DNA of 64,000 nt from Octopus sinensis (GCF_006345805.1 NC_043000.1:85808001-85872000), one strand, 5' to 3'. Shown: positions 13,565 to 26,215, counted from the first letter of the stretch. Translations and numbers: made by a program. The notes: generated by a model not told the origin, from the sequence alone.

Positions 13565-14760
13565 ATCATACTTTTATTTTTCAAAATTAAGATAAAGTTC
13601 TTTTTTAATCTAATCTAAAATATACCCTCCTTCATTTTCTACAATGCTCTTCCATCTATCTGGTAGACTTGCAAAGCCCCTCTTCCAAAATTCACTTCTT
13701 GACAAAAAATACTCTTCCAGTACTTTCCTGACCTCATTACAGAATTCATTTTTTTTGTGTCCAAATGATTTTGAAGATTGCGGAATAAATGATAATCAGA
13801 TGGGGCCTAGCATTATCCTGATGGAAGAACAGCTTTCATCTTGAAATCAAAGATGGTCGTTTTTCTTCTAATGCTGACTTAAACCATTGGCAGTAGATCT
13901 CCTTTGTTATTGTTTGGTTTGGGTTTAAAAGTTCAAAGTGGACTAAACCTTTCCTATCCCACCAAACAGATAACACCTTACATGGATGAAGACCTCCTTT
14001 AGCCTGAGGTATTGGTGTTTCTCCTTTTCCTGCCCACTGTATTTGGCACTTGACATTTTTATAGAGAAACCATTTCTCATTACTAGTCACTATTTGATCC
14101 AAAAAAGGTTCATTCCTGAGATGTTACAGCAAAGAGGAGTATACATTCACTCTCTGTATGTGATTAGACTCGAGATAGTTTGTGAGGAACCCATTCACTC
14201 TCTGTATGCGATTAGACTCGAGATAGTTTGTGAGGACCCCATTGTCCCAATTTGCTGACTTTTCTGATGGCATGCAGGTATCGATGAATGGTTGAATGAT
14301 CAAATCCAAGCTTCTCTGCTAGTTCCTCAACAGTTACAATGGGATTTTGTTCCACTAGGGTTTGCAGGATGTTCTTGTCAAGCTCTACAGATCTTCCAGG
14401 ATGAAGCTTGTCTTCTAGGCTATAGTTTCTGGCTCAGAATTTCAGGAACCATTGTTAACACTGGCTTTCGTTTATTGTCCAATCCCATATATTGTATTAA
14501 TATTCCTTGCACTTTCCATTGCATTATTGGCCTCATAAAGCAAAATACACCAAATATGCTCCTTTGTCACTTCCATTACAGCTTTGAAAAAATAACTGTT
14601 AAAATCAAACTGCACTCTTCAAAACTTGCACCAAGAATAAGTACTAGGTAAAAATTACTCTCTGCTTTTATTGCAAGTTGATGCAGGTAGTTTATCCTGT
14701 CCTTCTCCAACTTTTAGTTCATGCAATTGAAAAAAAATACACATTATGGGATGATTTAAT
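13565..14760 (-). mobile_element. Decayed mariner transposon in a TBC1D5 intron
   Basis: Minus-strand fragments WVPHKL, IVTSNEKWFLY, LHPCKVLSVWWD, GLVHFELL; frameshifts and a deletion; one recognisable end near 14760. Confidence 0.85.
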
Positions 14761-14996
14761 ATTTTCACAATCTAATTTGTTACTGTTATTAAAATATCCC
14801 TCATTGTTACAATAATTTGCTATTATGTCATTATCTTTCATTTTCTTTTGATACTGTACCAGAGAAAATGATTAATTTTAATTTTAAAATATTGTTTTTT
14901 TTTTTCTTTCCTTTTTAAATTGCTGCAGAATTTAAAATGAGACAAACTCTTAATCATTCTGATATTATTAACAAAATATCTTATCTATTTATTCAG

Positions 14997-15096
14997 GAGC
15001 AAGATATCAATACCAAGATGGCTTATGTTCAAGGTAAACTGAATGAGTTTGAAGCAATGTGCAAATATTGTGCTAGTAAACTAGATATTCACATTG
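14997..15096 (+). CDS. TBC1D5: TBC1D5 exon (conserved C-terminal helical region)
   Basis: attcag / gtaagt; EQDINTKMAYVQGKLNEFEAMCKYCASKLDIHI (LQGQLN..AMCKYCA-type motif of TBC1D5). Confidence 0.92.
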
Positions 15097-15409
15097 GTAA
15101 GTAGCTTATAGAAAATACTTTTATAATCTTTATATAGTTAATTTTAAAATTTACATTTGATTGTTATCAGAATGAATAATGACTTATGCAGTAATTTAAT
15201 AAAGTTTGTCATAAATAGAATTCAACATTGCTTTTTGCTGAACAAAAAATATAATTTTGTGGTACAATTTGACATTAATATATGATAAACAAGAACAGTT
15301 TAACTATATTTATGTCTTATGTTTTACTTAAAAATTAACAACAAAACATTAAATTAGTAAAAGTAATATTTTTAGATGATTTATTTATTTTTTGTTATTC
15401 ATTTTTCAG

Positions 15410-15492
15410 AAAATTTACAAGACATATTACATGCACAAACACTTTCTGTAGGAGAAGATGAAGTATTGTTATCAATTGCTGGAGTAAAACAG
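15410..15492 (+). CDS. TBC1D5: TBC1D5 exon
   Basis: tttcag / gtaata; ENLQDILHAQTLSVGEDEVLLSIAGVKQ. Confidence 0.92.
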
Positions 15493-16304
15493 GTAATACC
15501 CTTTCACATTAATATCTATTACATGTGTAATAATTATCAGTGAGTCTTTTGTAAAATAATGACTTTGGATTGTCAATTTCCTGTGTGGGGAAATCTATGG
15601 ATAAGTGAACATCCATCAAAAACTTCACACTTCTGTGTTGTGGTGTGTCCATTGTTTTGTTTGTTCTCTTATGCTGGTATGAATTTGAGGCATTGTTTTA
15701 CAGCAACCTCCTTGATTTTAACTTTTACCTGTTTTTCAAGTAAGAGATCTCTTAATTTCATCCAGCCTCAAAAGCATGAAGTGAACAGATGATTTATTGA
15801 CAAGTGCCAACAACAACAACAACACCACCTCTTGGACAGTGTGACCTTTGAATAAACAGATGCATATGTAAACAAATGGACAAACACATGTGCCTGTGCA
15901 TACACCCATATAACAGGCTTCCTTTTCAGTTTTCTTCTACCAAATCCATTGGAGAGGCTTTCATTGGTTTGCAGCTGTAGTAATCACTTGCCCAAGGTGC
16001 TATGCAGTAAGGCTGAACCAAAAAACATGTAGTTGAGAAGTGAACTTGTCAACGCATAGCCATACTTGTGTGTGTGAATAACTTGTATGTAACTCACAAT
16101 GCTTACAGGATCCCTAACTTAGTTCTACCAAAGAAATGACTCACGATTGCTTGCTTTAATTGTGCAATTCCAAATAACTTCACCAATGTCTGAAAGAAAA
16201 TACCACCACTATATTTTCTTTAACATTAAATGTTGTGTATACTTTGCTTTTATTTACATACAATGTCTTCCTTTTGTGTCATAGATAAAAATATTTGTTT
16301 CTAG

Positions 16305-16730
16305 GTACGAGATATTTTGAAAGGAACCTTGAAGTTTTCACGTAATTTGTTGGATGAAGATAAAATTGAGATTACAGATAATCACTACAGGGAGGAACCT
16401 TGTATATTGACACCAGATTCCGATGTAGTTGATTCCGCTGCTGCTGCTGCTACACATCGAGAGAATGAACTGTTTGGTCGAGCATCTCTCTATGACTATA
16501 AAAGAATGTCTCGTTTGAAAGGGGTTTACAGTAATGACAACTCACCATCTCACATGAATGAAATAACTAGCCGTGAAGTTGAACTTGTTTCTTATGTTCC
16601 TCAAGATCAAAATGGCGCTGCCGATCCTGTGAATTGTGTTGATGCTGACACAGGAGCCTATCAGAGGACTAGACATTCAGAATATGGCTGTCATTCACAT
16701 CAATATGATACAAACACCAGAACTTCATGA
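16305..16730 (+). CDS. TBC1D5: TBC1D5 last coding exon, ending at TGA
   Basis: ttctag acceptor; VRDILKGTLKFSRN...DTNTRTS*; followed by an AT-rich UTR-like stretch with AATAAA sites (e.g. 17407, 17701, ~19821). Confidence 0.9.
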   Translation, partial: VRDILKGTLKFSRNLLDEDKIEITDNHYREEPCILTPDSDVVDSAAAAATHRENELFGRASLYDYKRMSRLKGVYSNDNSPSHMNEITSREVELVSYVPQDQNGAADPVNCVDADTGAYQRTRHSEYGCHSHQYDTNTRTS

Positions 16731-19700
16731 AAAGTTTTTTTTGTTTTCTTCACCAATTTTGTTTTATTACTTTTCATGGTTTCTTATAAACTTGAACAGA
16801 TGGCTTCATCATTTCTAAAGTATCAGTTCCTCTATTGTTCTTTTTTTTTTTTTTGAAAAAAGATTCAGCAACTTTTTAATGTTTTCAAAATGAAGGTATT
16901 TGTTAGAGTTTTGATCTTAAAATTATTTAAGCAGCATTAAAAATTTTAACTGGTATTTTCATTTAAATTTGAGTAAAAATACATAATTTTTTCATGTTCT
17001 ACAATTGTTGTTGGTACAGATGGGTCTTATTAAAATGGTACACAACCAGCTGTATCAGTTGTATAAGTATGCAAAATGAATCCTAAGTTAAATTGTAAAA
17101 CTATGTTTTGTTTTTCTTGGTCATGGAAGAGAAAATATCTATCTTGATAAAAAAAAAATCCTTGTGTTGTATCTCTAGCTATTGTTAATGCTTCAACCAA
17201 AGTGTGACAGTAGCTAGCTGTAGATTGTTGTATTTATTAAACTTGGTCTAAACATTTATTAAATATGTTCAATGCAATGAGGACCCTCATTGAGTAATAA
17301 TAACTATAAACAATATGCCTTTGCTTTGGTTTAAAATGTGTGAGCTGGCTCTCACTGTTTCCTTGTTATGTGATTGATTTACTCTGATATACTTGTGAGC
17401 TGATGTAATAAAAAAAAGTCCTTAATATTATTTGACTTAAATTTCCTTGCACAAAAACTTTCTTTGGGGAAATTAGTTTAAATTTAATATAAAGATGGCC
17501 AGTTTGACAGCAGAGTTATTATGACCACTTCAAGTTGCTTTTTATCTGTGTTAGAAGTTAGCAATGAAATGTTTTGTGTCAGACATAATCATTTTGAATT
17601 TATGAAATATGAAGCAATATTACTAAAAATATAATTTTATAAATAATTTTTTTGTGGGATGGGGGAAGAGGGAACAAAAAATATGAATCCAAATTTGAAA
17701 AATAAAATATGAGAGTACAGTATATTTTTTATTTATTCCACAGCTGATATATATATATATAAAATTATTCTCATTTTAATATCTATCATGTGAGCTATGT
17801 AAACTTTTTAATTTTTATATTTTATTCTAATGCCTTTTATATTCCATGTTATTTCTCATTCAATGAGAATATTTTCCTATGACAGCAAAGATTTTGATAA
17901 TTGCTTCAAGACTTCTTGGTTAAAAATTTGCTGTGATTTTAAGGACAGTCTGTTACTTTTGGAGGAAAATTTAAATTTAAGATGATAAAATACTCTTGTC
18001 TGGTCTGATGATCTTACTTCAGATGCTCGATGTTTTGATATTTTAATTGCAAAATGCTTCGAGTGATCTTAATTTAGTTGTCTTGGCAGTTTTTTATTAT
18101 TATTATTATTCTATCATAGTTCTGCTGAATATGAATTACTGGATTTGTAATGTGGCTCAGTGAATACATTAATGGAATGGTAGAAAAGATTGGTGAATAT
18201 GGTGAAAATAGATATAAGGGGATGGCGACTGAAGTATAGATAGGGCTGATAGACCAAGTGAAAAGTCTATAAAACAGGAGTTTAATTGATATGAAAATGA
18301 AAGAAGAGGCACAACAATGATTATTGACTATTAGGAGAAAGTTCTGAAGGATATATATCATCTATCAATTTATAGATAGATAGCTAAGTGGATAAGACAG
18401 TGTGAACTCTAAATTGAGACCTTGATTATTTTATTTTCTTTGTTGTCTGTCTATTCCTAATACAACTGAAGACTTAAAAGACAATCTGCCAAGTAAGAAT
18501 TGCAAAATCTAAAATCAATTTCAAGTGAAAAATGAAATTTATCATTTAAACTTAGAGATAAGAAGAAATAATGTTGAATTCAGTCAAAAACTTCTGCAAA
18601 ATGTTAGTTGCAATGATGTATAGACTTGAGTTATTATGGTTAGCTGAATTGCTGTAAAGAATTTGAGAGAGAGAATTTGTTGCCATGGAATAATTTTTGG
18701 TGCCTCACTGTGTTGTAGTGACAAAGTATAGTAGAATAGTAAAAAAATTATAAGAGTACAGAGAGATAACTTAGAATATTTTTTACCATGAGAGTAGGGT
18801 ATGAATTGAGGGAAATTTGACTGCTATTTCAAGACTATTGAATATTAAGGAATATTTGAAACCATTTTCATATTTCATTACAGTGTAAGTACTTTTAACC
18901 ATATTTTAAAAATTATTTCAGTTGATAAATCACTAGAAAACAAAGAAGAAATACAATACTTGGAGTAAACAATTAAAATAGGAACAATTATAGTTTACTT
19001 TTTTTTTTTTTTTTTTGCAGATTAAAATATTTTTAGCAGTTTGAAATTTTGTAAATCATTTTATTTACTCTTAAGAAGATATCTTTTTAGAGTCAGTAAT
19101 TTTCCTTATTGACTTTTTGAAAAGATTACTGAAACTTATCTTTCAGTATATGAAAATGGTTGTTTAAAGTGCTTCAAGACTACTTCTTGTTAAGAGCAAT
19201 CATCATTCTATGTCCACTTCACTATCATTCCAGCTATAAAAGCAGTTGGTTTCTTCTTTCCAAATACCAAGTTATTTTTAGAAATGATACTTTTTTAAAA
19301 CTGAAATGTCACTAGAAATTTGATGTATCCTTTTGCTGTAATTGTTGTCAACCTGATTTTAAATATCAATGTAATAACATTTTCATCTCTTTGTTTTTAA
19401 AATTTTTTTTTATACATATATATATTTTACAAAACATTTCTAAAATTTGAACAACTATATTATTCATATGAATAATATAATTTTTTTTAAATGTGAAAAA
19501 TATTTGCCTTTAATCCTTAAACAAAAAGAAACTAAACATTTATCCTGCGGGTCAGGTGTGTTGTAAAAATTTAAATGTGCTATTTATATCAAGTTTTCAA
19601 AAAAAAACCCCACAAAAATAGTTGTCAATGTTTTAATTTTTTGGGGTTAAAAATTTAAAATTTTGTTTAATAATTTGATTTTCTTGTTAGTCTTGATCAC

Positions 19701-20248
19701 TTATTGTTTTTTTTTTTTATTCATGTTGAATCCCTAATTTGCTCACTTGTTTTGCAACAGGGAATCTACCAGTTTATTGCTTTTCTTTTTCATTGGATTC
19801 TGTATTCCAAGCAAATGTGAAATAAATAAAATCAACAAAATGTTTATATGTTAAAAAAAAAAAAAACTAACAAAATTGAACTTTATTGAAAAATATAGAA
19901 ATTACAACTGCATTTAATATGTGGAGTGTATAAAATATTTTTAGTGCATATTCTCTTCAATACATGAACAAGCTCAAGATAGCTGGAGTTATCATGTTTA
20001 ACAAAGCAGCCTGTAATATCAAGGGCAAGAACATTCCTTCAACAAAATTTATAAGGAATGGACCAAAGTTTCTGTACTATTCACATCAAATAATCTTAGT
20101 TTATATATGGAGCATTGCAAGACATTCTGTTTCAGAAGGTTGATTTTTAATCAGCTTGGAAAGGATGCAAATGAACAACATATGTGTTATTTTCATTTGC
20201 TAAATATGATGGAGGATGCTCACTGTAGAAAGTTTTATGGAGATGGAA

Positions 20249-20311
<63 letters not shown>

Positions 20312-20508
20312 GTATATATATATGTATATATATATGTATATATATATGTATATATATATGTATATATATGTATATGTATATATATATGTATATATATATG
20401 TATATGTATATATATATATGTATATATATATGTATATGTATATATATATGTATATGTATATATATATGTATATGTATATATATATATGTATATGTATATA
20501 TATATATG

Positions 20509-20578
<70 letters not shown>

Positions 20579-20712
20579 TTATATATATATATATTATATA
20601 TATATATATGTATATATATTTATATATATTATATATATATATATATATGTATATATATTATATATATATTATATATATTTATATATATATATATATTATA
20701 TATATGTATATG

Positions 20713-20770
<58 letters not shown>
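20249..20770. repeat. Compound microsatellite (TG)n-(TA)n/(TATATG)n-(CA)n, about 520 bp
   Basis: Read directly; it produces the spurious YI-repeat ORFs. Confidence 0.97.
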
Positions 20771-20771
<1 letters not shown>

Positions 20772-21139
20772 TTACTCATTAGTGACAGAAACTGTATGAG
20801 TTCAAAATAGCAGCCTATGAATCCCATCTTTGAAAGCCTGATAAACTGTGGTATTCATCTTAAGATCCACCATCTCTCATGGAACTATTGTGTTAAACAC
20901 AGACATATATCACAAGTAGAAACAAATTGTTAATTTCTGATAAGTTGGGCTTCATGAGTATCTACTGGCACCAACAGGCTAAGACAAAATCAGCTGTTGA
21001 TGGACAATTTTGTCTACAAAAGATGTTTCATTTCTTTTAATACTAAGTCTATAAGAGATACTATCTCAAGATAAATGCCACAGTTTATCAGGCTTTCAAC
21101 AATGTATCCACTTAAGTATGAAATACAGATTGTTGTATA

Positions 21140-21189
<50 letters not shown>

Positions 21190-22089
21190 AATACAGATAT
21201 GTACATATATTTACATACATATGTATATATACATCATTTAGCATTCATTCTTCCTTGCTGGTATGTGTTGGATGATTTAATATGAACTGACAAGCCAGAG
21301 GCCTGTGCAAAACTCCAGTGTCTGCTTTTGCATGCTTTTTACCGCTGATTGCCCTTTCCGATAACCACTTCTTTATATCTGGCTGAACCAAATTATGGGA
21401 ATGTAAACAAACCAATACTGGTTAAGTGGTGGTGGGGAACAGACACATGGATTTGGTAGAGAAATTGAAAGAAGTCCATTATGTGTGTGTACGCACACTA
21501 TGGGCTCTTTTGTTTCCCTCTACCAAATCCACTTACAAGTCTTTAGTCAGCCCAAAGCTACAGGAGAAGACACTTGCCCAAATGGGACTGAAACCAGACC
21601 ATGTGGTTGGGAGGCAAATTTTTTAAAACATAACCATGCCTTTGTATACATTTGTGTATATGTATTGTATATGTTTACAAGGAAGATGTGGTGCAGTACA
21701 TTCTGGAATGGCATGGAATCAAGAAGGAAGGGAACAACTGGGATATCTGGAGAAGGCTTGTTGCCCATCATATTGAAAGCAGGGGATAGTTTGATGTACT
21801 GGTGAACAATCAATGGTGTGGTTTAGAAAAAGTTAACTGACATGGAGGACTGGAAACCATCTGACTATTGGTTTCAAATTTTGGGGGAGGGGGTAAGTCA
21901 ATTACATCAACCCCAGTGCTCAGCTGGTACTTATTTTATCAACTCCAAAATAATGAAAGGCAAAGTTGATTTTGGTGGAATTTGAACTCAGAATGTAAAG
22001 ATGGATGAAATACTGCTAAATATTTTGCCTAGTGTGATAACTATTCTGCTTGCTCGCCATCTGAATATTGGAAAAGAGTTACCTGTATT

Positions 22090-22475
22090 ATGATGATTTG
22101 CATCAGGTATCAAAATGCTGACCTCATGACACAATGCACAGCAGACACTGTAAGATGAGACATGGACAGCTGCAAGTATTCTGACTACATCAGCACACCA
22201 GAATTCATCCAACTGAATGATAAGGTGATGGAAGATCAGCACATGGGCGTTTGAATCACTACCATGAAACTGGTTCTGAATGAGGACTTTTTCCACCACT
22301 CATACAAGAGGTGCAATGGACAAATTCTGATAGCTAAGGAGGACTGTTCCTGAACAACTTGAGGCATCCTGTTGATCTGGTTCTTAGATGAAAAGAACTT
22401 TTGCCAATATCAGTTGCACAACACCCAGAACAACAGGTGGATTGCCTACAATCTATATGTGATGTCCCATGGTAT
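22090..22475 (+). mobile_element. Tc1/mariner-superfamily (maT/DD37D-like) transposase remnant
   Basis: Fragments TPEFIQ..., WFLDEKNFCQYQLHNTQNNRWIA; similar to the remnant at 28470-29335. Confidence 0.6.
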
Positions 22476-22571
22476 TGAGAAAGACCACGTTTGATAGAAA
22501 TAGCAGTGGCCATATTTAGGAATATAAAAACGAAAAGACATGTGTAGGTTCTGGTATGAAAAGAAAAAATT

Positions 22572-22856
22572 ATGGAAAATGAGTTGAGAAGGTTAATTGT
22601 AAAACACAGACTATTGATTTTCCTGATGATATAAAGTATGAGAAAGATAAAAAAAAATACAGACCATTGTGATAATAATAGCTTAACTAAACATAAATGT
22701 ATTCATATAGGAGAGAAACTACCGTATCACTAACTTAACTGCTCACAAATGTGTTCATTAGGAGAAAAATCATTGTGTGATATCTATGATAAAATATTAC
22801 TTTGAAAAGGTAAATTAATGACTCATCAATTTATTCACACAGGAGAAGAACCATAT
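22572..22856 (+). pseudogene. Decayed C2H2 zinc-finger gene
   Basis: ATG GAA AAT GAG TTG (MENEL)...NCKTQTIDFPDD...HCD, SLTKHKCIHIGEKLPYH, NLTAHKCVH-GEK, CDIYDK, LMTHQFIHTGEEPY; stop codon, frameshifts and deletions. Confidence 0.75.
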
Positions 22857-25800
22857 GTTATGCAAATTGTGCTCTGATTTCAGTGATTTCCTTTGACATA
22901 AAGGGCATGTGTATTTGATGATCAGGGAGAGAGAGAGTGGCCATTTTGAATAACATATATTTAATCGAGAATATTGTGGATAGCACTAAATGACACTCTA
23001 CTGTTTTGGACTATGATTGGAAATTAGTTTCTTTGAGCCAGGAATTACTGGTCATTCATAACAGAGAAGCTAATTTCCAAATCTTGAAGTACTTGAATAA
23101 TCTACAGAGAATGAAATTAATGAAAAGACAAGTATGAAGTGGGAAGGATACCAGATATGGAAAGATACTCAAAACCAAATGGATTGAATGCCGACTCAAA
23201 CTCCAAAAATGCTAACAAGACTTTTAATCATTGGTTTAGAAATTTTACCAACTTTGTAGACTCACTGCCAGGGCAGGAATGTAGTATTATCGATAAACTC
23301 AATCTTTTGATTAACTATGTGAATTCATCAGTGAAGTTAAGAGCTATGAACAAGCTGTAAATACACTAAAGAGTGTGTGTATATTAAGCCAATGAACATC
23401 ATAATGGCATACCATCTTTTGGCCACAAGAAGAAACTGAAAGGGTGTTTGAATCACTACCATGAAACTGGTTCTGAATGAGGACTTTTGAAACCACTCAT
23501 ACAAGAGGTGCAATGGAGTAGTTCTAGACCAGTTCTTACCTCAAAACACTAGCAAAAGACTGTGCCTTTGTTGCAGTGAGTGCTGAGCAGTACCAGTCTG
23601 AAATGATTCGAGATGCATTTGTAAATGGATGCATTTCAAATCAGATAAGACAAAAACTATTAGAAAACAAAATTGTTGACCTCAGTACAGTTTATGATCA
23701 AGCATGTTTGCTAGATGTGACACAGCAGTGTTCTAGTGTCTTTTCAAACTTTGAGTTTACCAACTTCAGTCCAGCAGCACCCATTGTAGCCAAGCCAATC
23801 GATTCTCCAAAGCTGGAAGAACACTCTGCTGTGATCCAAAAAGGAAAACCCTCTCAATGTTGGCTTTGTGGCTATTTCAGAAACCTGTGAAATCGTCCTG
23901 CGCAAGAAGCAGTCTACTACAAATGCAAAAAAAATAGGACATTTTGAAAAACTTTGTAGGAACAATGCAGCAACTGTGATACATAAACACGATAAATATG
24001 ATCTACAGTTTCAGCATCAGCAGGTTCACCATTCCGTGTAACCACCATGGTTATACTGAACAATACTTACAAAGCTGAAGCATTAATTGATAGGAGAACT
24101 GACAAGAATTTCATCAGTGAGAAGCTAGTGAACATACTCAACATCAAAACAGTTAAATTGAAGAACATCATGGTATGGCTTCTGCATCTCTTTCTGTGGA
24201 ATCTGGGGGATACTGTATTGTTTCACTAACCCTCGATAATCAGATGTACTAAAATGTGAAACCATTCATCCTCAGAAACTTGTGCACAGATCCAATTCTG
24301 GGTACTGACTTCTAAGAACAACATGAGAGTATTACCATACAATATGGAAGGCAGAAACCACAATGTTTACAGCTATGAAAACTGATTCCCCCAAAGCTAT
24401 TCATACATCTCAGGAAGGACTGTGAGCCTGTTGCAGCCAAATTCTGAAAATACTCAGAATGTGATTTACAGTTCATCAAGATGGAAATATGCTACCGAGC
24501 AGATGCAAACATTATTGAACCCAGTAATTCCCCTTGGAGATCACAAGTTCTAGTTATTCAAGAAAAACACAAAAGAAGGATGGTGATAGACCATTCAGAA
24601 ACAAATATACACAGCTACCCACTTCCTAAAATTTATGAGTTAGTAAACACTATCTCCAAGTATAATGTCTACAGTACTATAGACTTACATTCTGCATACC
24701 ATCGAATTCCTCTATCAGAGAAAGATCGTCAATTCACTGCCTTTGAAACTGAAAGTAAATTATGGCAGTATACCAGGATGCCATTTGGAGTAACTAACAG
24801 CAGTGCATGTTTCCAATGTATAATAGCTGACTTTGTAAGTAAATACAAGCTGCGAGATATGTTTCCATTCATAGACAATTTAACTATATGTGGAAAAGAT
24901 CAAAATGACCATGATGAGAATTTTAAAAAATTTGAAATAGCAGCAAAAAATGAGGGGCTCACCATGAGTGATGAGAAATGTATTTACTCAATGACAACTT
25001 TATATTTTCTTGGATACCATATCTCACACAATACCCTGACCCAAAAAAGCTTGCTCCACTCCTCAATCTTCCTACACCAACCAACCAACCAACCAGAAAT
25101 CATTAAAATGTAATGTTTTCTTATGCTAAGTGGATCTCCAAATTTTCTGACAAAATATATCCTCTCAATGGATTGAAATTTCCACTTAACAGCCAACAAG
25201 TAAAAGCATTTGAGTCATTGAAGATAGGACTAGCTAATGCTGCTATTCAAATAGTATCTTCATGGGAAACAGTTCTTCCAGACGTGCTGCATTCAACCAG
25301 ATCTCTACTTTGTATGTCCACCAATGCTACTACTCACGAATGTCTCTTTAACTATCGAATAGTACCATTCCATTTACTATTGAGATGGATGCTTTGGATT
25401 TTGTTACATCTGCAACACTAAATCAAGATGGAAGACCAGTCGCATTCCATTCTTGCATGCTACAAGGTAGTGAACAGTACCACACCTCTGCTGAAAATCA
25501 CAAGCAATCGTCGAATTAATTCATCATTGGAAACATTTCTTGGTAGACATTTCACATTAATTACTGATCTATGTTCTGTTGCATTCATGTATGATTATAA
25601 AGCAATGAGCAAAATTAAAAATGATAAAATTATGAGATGGCACATTGAGTTATCCCCATACTCGTCTGATATTCACTATCGCCCAGGATCCAGTAATATC
25701 ACACCAGATGCGAACTGATTGCCGAACAGCGTACCATAGTGAATCACTAGGGTATACTGTTCAGCAATCAGTTCGTATTTACTTTATGAGTTACATGCAG

Positions 25801-26215
25801 CACTGTGCCATGCTGGTGTAATACACCTCCACCATTTTGTCCTCACTAGAAATCTTCCATATTCGTTAGAGAATGTGAGACAAATTTGTTCTATATGCCA
25901 AGAAGTGAAGCCACAATATTATAAACCAAACTTAGTTAACTTGATTAAGGCCATGCAGCTATTCGAGCGAATTTCAATTGATTTCAAAGGTCCAATTCTG
26001 TCTACAAAGCATCCTTATCTTCTAACAATTGTTGATGAATACTCTTGAGTTCTGCTTGGTTATCCAGTATCTGACACATCAGCTCAAACTGTTATAAGAT
26101 GTTTTACAGACTTCTTTTCACTTTTTGTATGTCTGGTTATGTACATTCCTATCATGGGACTATCAATGTACTATTATGTACATTCCTATCAATGGTTATG
26201 TACATTCCTATCATG
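22856..26215 (+). mobile_element. Decayed, rearranged Ty3/Gypsy LTR retrotransposon (possible 5' LTR 22856-23106; gag from 23157, PR, RT, RNase H, truncated IN)
   Basis: gag IRDAFVNG plus degenerate CCHC knuckles; protease ALID; RT SPWRSQVLV, YPLPKI, IDLHSAYHRI, MPFGVTN, PFIDN; RNase H EMDA...GRPVAF, LITD; integrase HAALCH, ISIDFKGP, IVDEYS; order PR-RT-RH-IN. Confidence 0.9.

Noticed and set aside
17275-17292. Perfect 8-bp hairpin caatgagg/cctcattg in the TBC1D5 3' region
   Set aside because: Too short to distinguish from chance without conservation data
20107-20810. Three overlapping 186-230 aa ORFs rich in Y/I/C/V/M
   Set aside because: Translations of a (TA)n/(TG)n microsatellite that lacks stop codons; not genes
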